This document shows positions 45,101 through 51,364 of a stretch of DNA of 64,000 bases, piece after piece. Location of the stretch: positions 1 through 64,000 of the IMG/VR virus record IMGVR_UViG_3300031867_004305. One strand, given 5' to 3'. Source of the DNA: a virus (Duplodnaviria; Caudoviricetes). Made by a program: the position numbers and the translations under genes. The notes under the pieces are model-generated. The model ran no database searches, was not told the origin of the DNA, and saw nothing but the letters and a program-made list of their open reading frames with translations. Within the stretch, counting starts at the first letter, position 1. Every line of letters starts with the position of its first letter.

Positions 45101-45609
45101 TCTCCTTCAACTTTTTTAGTACCATTAGCAACAATAGCATCTATTTCATCAAAAGTTTTTCTTATACCATTTTTATCAAGTCTCTCTAAAGTAAGTACTG
45201 ACGCTGAATCTGCGAAAATACCTTGCTTAGTTTTTTCTTTAATACTATCTAATCTTTGCTCTGCTGTTACTATAGCTTGTTCTAAATCATTAAATGCTTT
45301 AGTCTGATTAGAATCAAGTTTAATATCAGAAAACTTTAAATTACCCATAGCTATTTGGGCTTTCATTAAAGTTTCTTCCATTTTCTCTATAGAACGTTCA
45401 GCTTGATCAAATTGTTTTCCAGAAGTAAATCCTTTAGAAGTTTGAACTTGAAATTTCTCCATTTCACGAGTCATTTCATTTATTATTTTAGATAAACCTT
45501 TAAATCCAGAACTATCTGGTTCTAAATGACTCAAAACTTTTTGCAATTCTGCTAAAGATGATTGCATAACATTTAATTTTACGCCAACATCTACAGTAAT
45601 TTGCGCCAT
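30133..45609 (-). CDS. Tape measure protein, 5158 aa, with internal Hint domain
   Basis: TP901-type core (ELDSVM...YYQQG...ESANNIGSAMKSIASR...FRDFTDVILEL...AGNRQQSRF), VGELGPE motif, C-terminal GGLADYTGPAWVDG..KPE motif, long coiled coils. Confidence 0.92.
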   Translation of the reverse strand: MAQITVDVGVKLNVMQSSLAELQKVLSHLEPDSSGFKGLSKIINEMTREMEKFQVQTSKGFTSGKQFDQAERSIEKMEETLMKAQIAMGNLKFSDIKLDSNQTKAFNDLEQAIVTAEQRLDSIKEKTKQGIFADSASVLTLERLDKNGIRKTFDEIDAIVANGTKKVEGDLINAKAKFDELNNTVTEQATATGKAKNLLSNGITQQDWGEMLNKAGTGFKSGGKQEFLRILKEQFEVSDADIATLQKLSFGKINEAFKKGNFNDIFKNLDESFKKNSSDLTGAKQKVAEYENLQKAVEDLYNKMNAAKANGTPLSQGMSDYNAEIERVAQALAILRGEAVQNVSANSAFVGSISAMQGQLQGFANQLDQASAAFMRLQQQQQTFNSIKMAITNFMGFNQILNLTKTAIRDAMNHIKELDSVMNGIAIVTDMTTADLWKQVDAYSAMAQNYGVTIKGAYEVSRIYYQQGLETNDVLNLTNETLKLSKISGLDYATTTDYMTTAIRGFKMEMSEASTVVDVYSNLAANTAVSQQELAEAMTRTASSMESVGSTFEETSAMIATMVAVTRESANNIGSAMKSIASRYGELTKDPLTLVDAEGEVMAFNKVDSALQSVGISMKDTEGQFRDFTDVILELSDVWDQLSSVQQRYVATQFAGNRQQSRFLALVSNGDLLRENLEVANDSEDVGTLQALKALDSIESKLNQVQVAYQQFYTTLGAEDLWKGLLDGTTNFINTLNGLPKLFGKIPIGAATVIADAISLIKTVALNGLSAIATQFKSHLDGHVESLDLRGKGQKAGNDFNEGLRQGLSTSSSFSEINREIEVTKQRLNDLSDISKTIVFKRDSNGEIINPQVISNAITRLQDLKAITDEEAKSLRELANEGPEKALEKIKELAIANKEFAGSLTQIKNQKIYDSLLDFSSALNIVANVMDKSTDSSRIFAGSLMFVSGAIKGISSVMKAMETKGPFPWVTVAMAAITAINGIATAIETPQEKLERLNKEAEELSNTAKQVKADEKTLQTGIDKVNELKEKRYESAEAAEEYQKAVDDLADSFPQLISGFDSSGNIIIETANAEEMLAAARQKTLQATYDAAVGEQKANQQKMLTTANEIKNLNNRSGEITDNSFSFDDTANSTRLADRAYGMLRNAMGGFLNFDEVGQYLEGILNQDTSADYLRDIVERSGAKIDLDQIKDISSFSTEINKSIQAYNEAGKKIPDSLQGLNELANLLLSSDFSTEQSLETSQAIVKDFINHLDNYDFNSEFGQQKLNEFLEAYNSLSEETKELINKNFDVSQLNKLNVELANLSGENAGLRNSVVSSYLLLDKSLEENWKFLNENTQGALLLTRQLSSIWGQDKNNNKTWEQFKETDDFKNALNEYYKGYNDLNKEQKDILEKIGNDTSAFTANDVKKELNLDESNKAINEAIDNLYTSTEDSIERLNNIFNTYSEPIYDTTSGEKIDETLPTALGKLKTSLEKRDLSSNALDFISAQVKQIDELEKQGFVQAAGELSNNTSNLINALYQDNISAFDRNSIINILNQSNLNTTEGIEEAISSIESSGADQSVIKSTVKQLEARKQRIVDNVALSIQSELDSLLEKAEDDTKILSKATSGMTMKEANELVNKAKGWGVDLDIGSDIISNGDKLILSEQAFNEIQQKYGEHINEAAEKVQENLKKAQSAGLLDSNNQVSIPDVEEVLSEEMREFLSANGFNYDETTKKYLDSNGQVLINEANQLTEAGQKTIELLFENIFNGLEDYGMAVEQIQAMIFQQENWNKGDYSSLLNGQFMKKPNQKSRKQARITGIPALETFDTEAFNKYLSGTERYDAANQPELKVAVEKARGGVDTLLSDLLSKGIDNFNITDYANTGIESSTFNEMSAAIKDWQDSYEDFVRNYANLTGKNATEIDALIAQARAKDYENNAYDALKDVIDSFDNFSYEAGQKLARSIDGVSLEDFDVNTVTGELSSSYENMLNILNNSALDKTSKQYLELRGKLESANAKIDNTARFVDIVSKRDKLTEENVATLAEIFGTSYDFISNLIKKEDDGTYKMNLAELDRLIQTGKIKVTEELKQMIANEIDGIISSLTGLSSLQGKGTTSIEDMRKRVSSVNEQLGTSFDISALFEYDETVHGFVYSTTGLIASVQSLSQQLNSLSGDERWAAEQLINDTKRQFAEAIDITGFLGMANGDPARALKIDELQKAIEDYNAVLFALGETEGLNADNIISALKDGGENAVKAAEEIAKAQGTTLSDSDIEAAYRNEVANFVNAIDTVIAKPGEIIDSATAEIIALSGGKVNELGESGQYVVETAANLYEAYNNLLTRLEATGEATLADLNKVAALALENRDGEQAAIDALGDATGMTFTRFGEILADAGIQLTETMINDLETSGIIDLMGGNKMRIADFSRFADLMGWDANSEEYVSAFKTYNDSLIEMNRKAENNILEEVNALGDAKGGDWLNLTQLSERLETALEGKIVNKGAYDVPAFDNFIDILNSMGGHLQDGILKLDSEANIPGILSTIASYAQQYGGLLQSDMAQLADTLDSVLQSYVDAISKGISGKLSNSDAFNLQQMVDSLDMNVNLEFTKTAEGMKLTKQSAIELYQELQKIDSLKAQLVFDDLYDSLTGDLGGGFDSMSDTMATIAETQKQIRENWYEIRKLEAEDPGDARAQRLRQQNAELENQLDLYNQIANKQAGDPDSYNFMNGKLPDYLQGPANYWDSVGKAYKTMNEAASAGTIDLTDYYNIVNEMSNLAAMSGQLEVDGQKFASSAEMASYLIEQGANALTNVDGEGVKVDLSRLGVNFVTGANNMQDNFQDGIKAMAESQIAMLDAAIQVMETVVAMEKLGDIDVDSDGLLNLGEIFNGTTDAAGDFTKGYTEWADSIYKVTHDPKAENYNEDLAKALDHLSINGTSLKDMIYAARSGLENAADAWKDLGMTEEQYAKVINSFYQAARNGDYNLENVTESVWDILEQTLPDGTVIKTGQRSVVVSGKTHYVIDWESEEVSDALALVAKEHPELTGNQEELQRELEEAFTAYSQGKATEIQVKSVLVARGLIEVDPETGDITVDGQTYKADSPAAKKAIAEASLKAAGAENIETEMSTDETERKKTEIKSHGTLTIGQTTIDVLADENGNVKYIGPNGKEYGSIKELKDGLIEERYQKELQNQSDKLGALSETEREAEEVKIKKRITAQVEYEFSDQTDNTVNGTQKQIGEYLQKDEETRRTEIENAITEALKKGPDEQGQYTAEIPGGIEVTGFEEELTTDKVLENIEKSYDPEGVVSKIADGIGKAFEGEAGAQIGAKIAEGLTTALAGAEGETQEILIPEITIKPNKINFNTENISKAAEQDLNADVPEIPLATAKATVETLEITSVTSSKLSDGTVIDLTDAVNAKGTAGSLELTAAGIEATLAEGNPIKISGAIDSTGTAGTLTITLNEGQNGELEHSGDVDVGSVGNTTGNSEQLTIEATNKKLSEENPDVGQIGSITGTSNDAKINATSYQITFVGENGSSNTVVVNGTANLVATLAQYGVGFDANGNLTNVGKYNVDVEPNDTNVDLTTTANMDGAEAAVNTWAANKVVQIQVKTASVDGATTEVEADPILATELKNVTDFDSLSVQIQVSGAENGISTLEQYKAKIQEVLDAGQQLNSIDLTNIQTLSAAGLIDINLPTATSTIDNLEITGANNATYDGTLTLTEDISEGQGNISNLTVGATNLTANSGLAALQGMDFSTTSSSLLGVQQGVGKISRASFSNFSDLSGMLEVIKSQVESIWDTVKQFANQTFTVTLQQQSGTTNTDTETTENKTVNTTQNTTVNVDTSGAQGSAKALSTAAASMGASLTVAATKVKNLATAATKIPNKAAAVQSLASAIKDIPSRSSLVSNLASAMKQIPDVASRVKGIADALNRIPTSKSFSMDVTVNVKATGAGTGGGIEKFEFPPKAKGNVALSKGTGPALAGGRRTLVGELGPELVVSGGKYYVVGQNGAEFVDLAPDAIVFNHLQTRELLKHGSSSRGDAVTSEKNAVALAGGTSGPAMASASAALSALKQLRAMWESLATASAKDLGALAGRGGKGGGGGGGCFVAGTPIATRNGFKNIEDIEVGDIVLSYNEETRKNEYSEVLQTMIHDVEEDIYTLHIEDEELVVTGIHRFLIGNEWIPASALATGNLVRFADGTLHAISEIDIEEMAIRVYNFEVSNNHNYYVGNNSILAHNKGGGGGGGGGADDNGENRAVTAEIQRWYNLTRQIAKAEKDITYQQALRSKYQSDFVVNGDKIYATYQKELAILRKEVRNQKELVELQKSWYDAKRKELEASDYGKIFTYDENGLQQYVGSGAPGSGRGLDILEKLNERDVNGQPINNAKSARAQLKYLRSVGFNLSDLLYNDDGTKAAKSINQNTLAVKKNNSKDKKNDIYVKMMENFWNNIDGWRDELDNLYDSYNDTLTNIEENQTKQNEILQELRDNELDIEQELLKAIESRQQALIDEKTELKDALKDASDAYISGLSEALDKERKQYEQNQGKDELTKLQRQLAILQRSGGSASQIRSLQEQISGKQRDVYFDERQGQIDAIQEASDKEIEALEREIDIMTETLEYQKENGLLWKDVRDIMANESAQSAWDKILAWDSEMKSKSALDIDKTATEFMDKFDTFAAKRDEDKAWKEDKTGIDTSQDESKYSKLASDSTALKAARDNAMSAAEGAYRTTLEDGGTREEAKRAAQKAYDDTMASESEKYNRTENDRINQEKINERNGLYKTAQGQAALDDWNKIVENAKYQKNSFVYNKNYPEYADEVEEKFVREMMGNYDEDGKWIGGDKEEAAKTATASATEILKEENAFGEEQSDGSRKGIYMTTKGVTSYTIKKSKVKTSKSFGKNVPITLTGKTKTIKKKGKDILYLQGKVDGKTKYFLANDFEDATQDIHAADATAAIDTSADKTNISLADKEPITYSLKKGVPKGHGVGGKENPIDLKAKSKLQIDGARATFDKKGNVKKVTKIRIKSVNGQDLVESDEINLSKFNSKDRKGILKKIQAQKYGKQAAFFYKQGGLADYTGPAWVDGTPKKPEAFLNAAQTQFVRNDLLGNSKTSLVSIVSALQDAISNTATSPITNNSNAVSIDNVNLTIESGVIANDYDARRAGSNITDEILKIAKKSGNLGISRR
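32971..33369 (-). other. Hint / bacterial intein-like domain (133 aa, TMP residues 4081-4213)
   Basis: Starts CFVAGTPI, block B VTGIHRF, ends VYNFEV..HNYYV....LAHN; +1 residue is Lys; no endonuclease domain; poly-Gly on both sides. Confidence 0.9.
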
Positions 45610-45636
45610 CTCTTCTCACTCTCCTTTTGCCACCAA

Positions 45637-45677
45637 AATAAAAAAGAGCCACTCCCTATACACTTAGGAAGTGGCTC
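45637..45677 (-). terminator. Intrinsic terminator between the second tube gene and the TMP gene
   Basis: GAGCCACTTCCTA...TAGGGAGTGGCTC followed by a T tract on the minus strand. Confidence 0.7.
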
Positions 45678-46533
45678 ATATATCAGCATCAATGTCTTGA
45701 TTGAGACGCGTTATTTTCACTATTAAATTTTTGCTATCATCCGTTTGCTCGGGCAAACCAATGATATTAAAAACAGACGTAGTTGGATCAGCCCTTTCTC
45801 CCAAGCGTAAGTTAATATCACTCACGACTCTTACTTTTGGCATATAAATTAAATTTGTATAATTTAAGCCTTCTTTTTCATCCTTAGAGTAAAACTTACC
45901 CTCAAGAGTGAATAATCCATTAAAGCGTTCTTTTTGAATCAAATAAATTAACGCTTCATCCTTATACTCATAATAATAATCAATTATGTATTGTTTTGTC
46001 GGGTCTGCCGCCGTTTTTAATTCTTTATCCTCATAAACCTCAATGAAAGGAAAACCGCTTTTGGTTTTTAACTTACCATAAACCTTCTTTTGCGCGACAT
46101 CGCGCTCATATTCATAAATAAAAACTTTTTTCTTTGTATATGGAGTTTGTTGAATATAAAATCCATTTTCTGAATCTAAATCAAATGGCCCTTCTCGTTT
46201 CTGTACTAATATAGATTCATTCGGTAGCACCTCTGCCATAGAGGAACTTAAAAGAATAGCCATACTAATAGAAGACATAACGCCTTCGGAAAGGGAGAAC
46301 TGGACTTCTGAACTATCCTCCCAAATAACACGAGGCATATTGGACCAACCGCCTCGCGCCATGACCGGAGTACGTCGTTCAGTTAACATTGAAATATTTA
46401 CATTTTCAAAATAAAGTACCGGTTCTCCTTCTTCCAAGCGTCGGGAACCAAATGTCATAGGAACTTTTGCTTTTAGCACAACTTCATATAATTCTTTTAC
46501 ACCAAAATATTGGTCAATCATTTGATTCACCAC
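45676..46533 (-). CDS. Tail-tube-like protein, paralog of the major tail protein
   Basis: FGVKEL..VLYFENV..ARGGWSN..IWED aligns by eye with YGIKEV..VLFLDTL..ATGGWGN..TWDY of 46580-47551. Confidence 0.65.
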   Translation of the reverse strand: MVNQMIDQYFGVKELYEVVLKAKVPMTFGSRRLEEGEPVLYFENVNISMLTERRTPVMARGGWSNMPRVIWEDSSEVQFSLSEGVMSSISMAILLSSSMAEVLPNESILVQKREGPFDLDSENGFYIQQTPYTKKKVFIYEYERDVAQKKVYGKLKTKSGFPFIEVYEDKELKTAADPTKQYIIDYYYEYKDEALIYLIQKERFNGLFTLEGKFYSKDEKEGLNYTNLIYMPKVRVVSDINLRLGERADPTTSVFNIIGLPEQTDDSKNLIVKITRLNQDIDADI

Positions 46534-46536
46534 CTA

Positions 46537-46566
46537 AAATAAAACTGGGGCTTTCGCCCCAGTTTT
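46537..46566 (-). terminator. Intrinsic terminator after the major tail gene
   Basis: AAAACTGGGGC-GAAA-GCCCCAGTTTTATTTT. Confidence 0.8.
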
Positions 46567-46579
46567 ATTTAATTATCTA

Positions 46580-47551
46580 TTAGAGAGAAGAAGTTAGAGA
46601 GCCCTGATCGTCACCAGTAGAAGTAGCATCAGCAGCAGCACCGCCGTAACGGATTAGCTTCATCATTTCCTTCTCGCCGCGCTCGTTGTCAGAACGTAGA
46701 ACGTTTAGGGTCATCTCGAAAGTAGAAGGATCGCCTTCAGCCTCTAGAGTGATAGTAACATCAGATAGTACCTTAGCCTTACCAATTACAAACTGGAAAG
46801 CTTCGTCCTTACCAGTAGCCTGAGAACGCATGAAGGTATCGCCAACTACACGATAAGTGCCTGGGAAAGTATCAGGAGAAATAGTTACTTCAACAGCAGC
46901 GTCGCTGTTAGCAGCGCCAGTAACTTCCTCTTCCCAGAAAATACGAATGTGGTCACCCTGAGCCGGAGCGGTCTCAGTAGCAACGCCCATAGCGTCGTTC
47001 TTGAACTTTAGAACCATATCAGCAGTCATGGTGACAGCCTGACTATTTTCTTCATCATAACTTACCTGAGTACGAACACCAGCTACAGTAGAACCAGTGC
47101 CGCCGCCATAGTTGATAAAGCGGATTGGGTGATTCTTAGTGGCTTTAGGAGTTAGAGTAGAACCAGTAATGTGATCCTTTGGTAGGGGTAGCTTACCATC
47201 AACACCAGCAATAACTTCCTCAGTACGACGTACAATTACAGTTTCAGTAGCAGCTGGCTTATGGATAGCACCGCCTAGCATGAAACGTAGAGACTCAAGA
47301 GAAATTAGAGCGTCTTCTAGAGTTAGGGTAATTTCCTTACCATAGTCCCAAGTGATTAGCTTAGGATTGCCCCAACCACCAGTAGCGTCGGTAGATTCAG
47401 CAGTAGTCTCGATAGTAGAAACCTTTAGGGTATCTAGGAATAGAACGATGTCACCCTTATAAACATTAGACTTAGGGTCATCTTCTAGAGCCTCAAAATA
47501 AACATTGGCAACTTCCTTAATACCATACTTATCAAAAATATTAACAGCCAT
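46580..47551 (-). CDS. Major tail tube protein
   Basis: Position; capsid-like codon bias; FPGTYRVVGDT...LEAEGDPSTFEM tube-like C-terminus. Confidence 0.75.
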   Translation of the reverse strand: MAVNIFDKYGIKEVANVYFEALEDDPKSNVYKGDIVLFLDTLKVSTIETTAESTDATGGWGNPKLITWDYGKEITLTLEDALISLESLRFMLGGAIHKPAATETVIVRRTEEVIAGVDGKLPLPKDHITGSTLTPKATKNHPIRFINYGGGTGSTVAGVRTQVSYDEENSQAVTMTADMVLKFKNDAMGVATETAPAQGDHIRIFWEEEVTGAANSDAAVEVTISPDTFPGTYRVVGDTFMRSQATGKDEAFQFVIGKAKVLSDVTITLEAEGDPSTFEMTLNVLRSDNERGEKEMMKLIRYGGAAADATSTGDDQGSLTSSL

Positions 47552-47571
47552 GTGAGTTACCTCCTATAAAA

Positions 47572-48351
47572 TCATGATTTTTCAGAGCTCGCAATGGAAC
47601 GCATCCAGTGCTTTAGTTGTGATTTTTTCAATTTAGCACCAGCCAGAGCGGCTTGATTGTTTATATTAAACTGATCACGCCACCCCATTCTTTTTAGCTG
47701 GTCGTGAAAAGCGTAATATGTAATGTTCCAAATATTTTCCATATTTAGACCGCAATTATTTATTGTAATACTACCGGTCAAATCGGAGAAGTTCAAATCT
47801 GATTTTTCCTTTTGTGCTTGTTTGGCTTTTGCCCTACGCACTTTTTCACGATTCGCACGCATTTGTTCTTTTAATTTTCTTACAGTTGGAGGGTCATCAG
47901 CATTTATGATTATTTCTTCCCCCTCTTGCTCTATAAAGCACATGCGTTTGATAATTCGCTGAAAATCATAAAACTTCTCTTCTGATAATAAGTGTTTTTC
48001 TTCAATAGGCCCTACTATGATTTGTGCTGGCTCCAAAGAAATAGTAATATTTTCATGAGTAAAAAAGAGAAAAGCTTCTTTTAATGTTTGATTTACTTCT
48101 GGATCAATCGCTGAAATCATTAGCAAATATTGAAAATCAGTAAGCTCTTCTAAAAGCTCTTTTAATTCTGTGTCCTCATTACTAACACTAGTAGGTTTTT
48201 CCGCTAACATAATACTTACATATTTTTGAAATATAGAATAACCTAAATCTATTACTTCACCCATTTTTGGTGGATATATAGCACATATGTCATCAAGTAA
48301 AATAGCACTGCCTCGTTGAAATTTAAGTATCTCGTCATCAGTTAAATTCAT
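47572..48351 (-). CDS. Hypothetical tail-module protein (possible assembly chaperone)
   Basis: IWNITYYAFHDQ motif; position. Confidence 0.55.
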   Translation of the reverse strand: MNLTDDEILKFQRGSAILLDDICAIYPPKMGEVIDLGYSIFQKYVSIMLAEKPTSVSNEDTELKELLEELTDFQYLLMISAIDPEVNQTLKEAFLFFTHENITISLEPAQIIVGPIEEKHLLSEEKFYDFQRIIKRMCFIEQEGEEIIINADDPPTVRKLKEQMRANREKVRRAKAKQAQKEKSDLNFSDLTGSITINNCGLNMENIWNITYYAFHDQLKRMGWRDQFNINNQAALAGAKLKKSQLKHWMRSIASSEKS

Positions 48352-48859
48352 TTATTTTATACCTCATTGAATATCCTCCAAGCCAAGGAGATAAAGTTAA
48401 ATTATCAGCTCTATAGAATTGTAAATTACCTATACCAGCTAATTTACCTCCATTGAACATTTTATCTATCTCTTCCATAATTAAGTATGGCCGCAAGGAA
48501 GTCTCATTCAAAATCCATTCATCATAAGGACAAGCTATATCAAAACGAATGGTTGATACTTTAAAATCAGGATTTAATTGATTTACAGTAAAATCATCAA
48601 ATACTGAAACTATATATGACATTTTTTCCGTGCTATCATCAAATACTTTTGGAACAATTAAAATTTGTTTGTGTATTAAATCAAGTCCATCCACATCGGG
48701 TTGTTCTTTGTTTGTTATTGGATCAACTTTTTCAAAAGGATCTTTTGTAGGATATTTTAATAAACGGCAAATACGCTGATTTTGCATTAGCTTATTTGCT
48801 ATTTTAAAAGTATTATTACCCATTACAGAAAAGCGTCTTTGTGTTTTATTTAAATCCAT
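48338..48859 (-). CDS. Neck/tail completion protein (putative)
   Basis: Position; RPYLIMEEIDKMFNG motif. Confidence 0.55.
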   Translation of the reverse strand: MDLNKTQRRFSVMGNNTFKIANKLMQNQRICRLLKYPTKDPFEKVDPITNKEQPDVDGLDLIHKQILIVPKVFDDSTEKMSYIVSVFDDFTVNQLNPDFKVSTIRFDIACPYDEWILNETSLRPYLIMEEIDKMFNGGKLAGIGNLQFYRADNLTLSPWLGGYSMRYKINEFN

Positions 48860-48868
48860 TCAAATCAC

Positions 48869-50074
48869 CTACCATAATGGAATAATTCTTATAGCTTTAC
48901 TATATTCTTGCCCTTTATAAGTAGCAGTCAATATAAAAGTTCCTAACTTATTTTTAGCATTACCATGAATAACACACTTATTATCATTTTGAGATACAAT
49001 AGTAGCAAAAGTTAAATCGTTTAATATATATACTACTTCTTCATTTATATCAGAAGTTCCTACTAACCTATATGTTGCTTCACGATCAAGACGAATAGTG
49101 TCTGGTCCTTCTATATAAGCAGAAAATTCTTGTTGTTCTTCATTTTCTCCAACAACAACCACAATAGAATTTACTATATCTGGAAATAATTTTAATTGAG
49201 CGGTAAGAGTGACTTCTCCCTTTCCTACAGCAATTAATTCTCCATCTATATTACGTACTATCTTTTTATCTCCACTTATCCATTCTATTTCTTCATTACA
49301 AGTTTGGCCATTTTTAGTCAAAGTGAAAGTAGGTTTAATATGATCTCCCAAATGAAAAATTTGAGTTAATGGAGGTATTAATAATTGATATTTAGCTAAC
49401 TTATCCATATCGGCTATATTTTCCTCCACATCATCATAAATCTTATTAATTTTACCTTCAGTCAAAGATAAATAAATAACTCCAGGCACACTAGTATGAT
49501 CGTATTCAACTACTGTCCAAGATTCTTCTTCTACAATAAAGTTAGTAGCTCTATCAATAGGATAACGCGGCATAAGTAATTCAGCATATTTATTTGGTTG
49601 TGGAGTTATTAATGAATTCCACGTTCTAAAATTAGCTTTTATTTTACTATCTAATGAACTTACAAAATATGCCCAAGATTGTTGTAAATGACCTTCCGCA
49701 TCTATCCACTTCATTAAATAATTACATCTTACTATCCAAAAAGTTCTAAACGTTCCATTAACCTTTTTTTCTTCTTGAATAATAATCCATTTTTCAATAG
49801 TGCCATCATCTAATGTCCAATTTAAAATATCGCCAACTACAATTTTTACATTATTAGCGACTTCAAGGAACATTATTTTCTCATATTCTTTATCTTTACT
49901 GGTAAGTATAATACCATCAAAATATAAACCACGCTCAACCGATAAATTTCTAATTGTATGCGGCGATTCAGCCAACCATTTTTCAAAAGAACGAATACCA
50001 CCATTGCGTATACGCTCAGCAGTTGTTTCGCCTAAATGATTGATGCGAGAAAAGTATACATCTAAATAATTCAT
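48869..50074 (-). CDS. Head-closure/neck protein with C-terminal Ig-like domains
   Basis: IVRCNY..KW; IEWIS...AVGKGEVTLTA and IEGPDTI Ig-like segments. Confidence 0.6.
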   Translation of the reverse strand: MNYLDVYFSRINHLGETTAERIRNGGIRSFEKWLAESPHTIRNLSVERGLYFDGIILTSKDKEYEKIMFLEVANNVKIVVGDILNWTLDDGTIEKWIIIQEEKKVNGTFRTFWIVRCNYLMKWIDAEGHLQQSWAYFVSSLDSKIKANFRTWNSLITPQPNKYAELLMPRYPIDRATNFIVEEESWTVVEYDHTSVPGVIYLSLTEGKINKIYDDVEENIADMDKLAKYQLLIPPLTQIFHLGDHIKPTFTLTKNGQTCNEEIEWISGDKKIVRNIDGELIAVGKGEVTLTAQLKLFPDIVNSIVVVVGENEEQQEFSAYIEGPDTIRLDREATYRLVGTSDINEEVVYILNDLTFATIVSQNDNKCVIHGNAKNKLGTFILTATYKGQEYSKAIRIIPLW

Positions 50075-50343
50075 TCATTATCTCGCAATTCTAACTCTCC
50101 TATCAAATTCATACATTCAAAAATAGTTTTTCTAAAGTATTCATAAGATAGGTGATGTAATGAATTGAGTTTTCCAAGTAAGGGCCAAAAATTAATACAA
50201 AAAGGCCCCAATCCTTCAAGCTCAATAATAATTGAATCTAAAAACTTTTCCCATTCACCATTTTTTTCTTTTTCACAAAGCACACCATAAAGACGACCCT
50301 TTAATTTATTCTTATAGCCGTCAAAAGTAACATCATAAGGCAT
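50071..50343 (-). CDS. Hypothetical protein (start placed at MPYDV)
   Basis: The 50343 start overlaps the upstream gene's end; a longer start would overlap it by about 100 nt. Confidence 0.6.
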   Translation of the reverse strand: MPYDVTFDGYKNKLKGRLYGVLCEKEKNGEWEKFLDSIIIELEGLGPFCINFWPLLGKLNSLHHLSYEYFRKTIFECMNLIGELELRDNE

Positions 50344-50827
50344 TTTTCTTACCCGCCAATTTTTTAAATAAAACTGCTGGGCGTTTTGCACGCGAACGGT
50401 CATAAATACCTTCCGCACGCCGCACATCATTAGCAATGGCGGCCTCCAGCTTATTTAATTTATCTAAATGATTTGCTTGTGAAAAATCTTTATCGGCATA
50501 AAGCTGTCGTATGTTCTCCCAACTAGCAATACAACGTTTTACCCACTCATGCTTCATATATAAAGCAAGTAATTGAATCTCATCATTAGTTAAATCTTCA
50601 ACAAATTGATAGTGCTTTAATTTATGTGTACTATCATCGTCGCTATCATCAAATTCAATTTCTTCTTTATCCAAACTAACTCGCGGATATTTGAACCTAA
50701 AAATTGCGATGTTAAGGAGTTCTTGCCAATCCCGCTCTACAATGGCGAGTTCTTCCTCAAGAGTCCATTCATCCGCGGTTATTCGTGCTAGAAAGGCATC
50801 ATACACCTTGAGAAAGGGCGTTGCCAT
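50333..50827 (-). CDS. Head-tail adaptor protein (putative)
   Basis: TPFLKVYDAFL...DLTNDEIQLLA...DFSQANHL; position after the capsid gene. Confidence 0.6.
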   Translation of the reverse strand: MATPFLKVYDAFLARITADEWTLEEELAIVERDWQELLNIAIFRFKYPRVSLDKEEIEFDDSDDDSTHKLKHYQFVEDLTNDEIQLLALYMKHEWVKRCIASWENIRQLYADKDFSQANHLDKLNKLEAAIANDVRRAEGIYDRSRAKRPAVLFKKLAGKKNAL

Positions 50828-50830
50828 AGA

Positions 50831-51280
50831 TTACTTCTCTTCGGCCTGATGTTTTACAGAAATAGCCTGAATTACATCAATGCCACAATAAGTTTTGATT
50901 AGAGCGGTAAAAGCATTATCAGTAATATTATTATCTACTACATACTGTACAATAGTATCTTTTGCAGCGGAAGGCGCAATTTTAATATATTTAGCAAAAG
51001 CTGTAATATCTCTATTATCAATAATCTTGATAATTTCGTCTTTATCCATGACGTTGGTAGGAGTTTCAATAACAGCACGCTCTTCTTGTACACCATCAAT
51101 CTTGATATAACCGCCGCGAATCATATTCTGAATACCTGGCTCATACATTAAATCTTCATACTCGCTAGGAGTCAAAGTAATAATGCGTCCGGGCGCAAGA
51201 CTACGCGAATGCATAGTACCGTTTGTAGAACCAACAACAACAGTAGCAGAACTAATATTCTTTAAAGTAATTTTTGCCAT
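50831..51280 (-). CDS. Hypothetical head-module protein
   Basis: AAGGAGG RBS; 149 aa. Confidence 0.7.
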   Translation of the reverse strand: MAKITLKNISSATVVVGSTNGTMHSRSLAPGRIITLTPSEYEDLMYEPGIQNMIRGGYIKIDGVQEERAVIETPTNVMDKDEIIKIIDNRDITAFAKYIKIAPSAAKDTIVQYVVDNNITDNAFTALIKTYCGIDVIQAISVKHQAEEK

Positions 51281-51301
51281 AATAATTTCCTCCTTTAACT
51301 C

Positions 51302-51342
51302 AAAAACAAAATGGGGCGGGCGAGATTCTCACCCACCCCATT
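51302..51342 (-). terminator. Intrinsic terminator after the major capsid gene
   Basis: AATGGGGTGGGTGAG-AAT-CTCGCCCGCCCCATT followed by TTTGTTTTT. Confidence 0.8.
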
Positions 51343-51364
51343 GAAGTGATTTTATATATATTGA

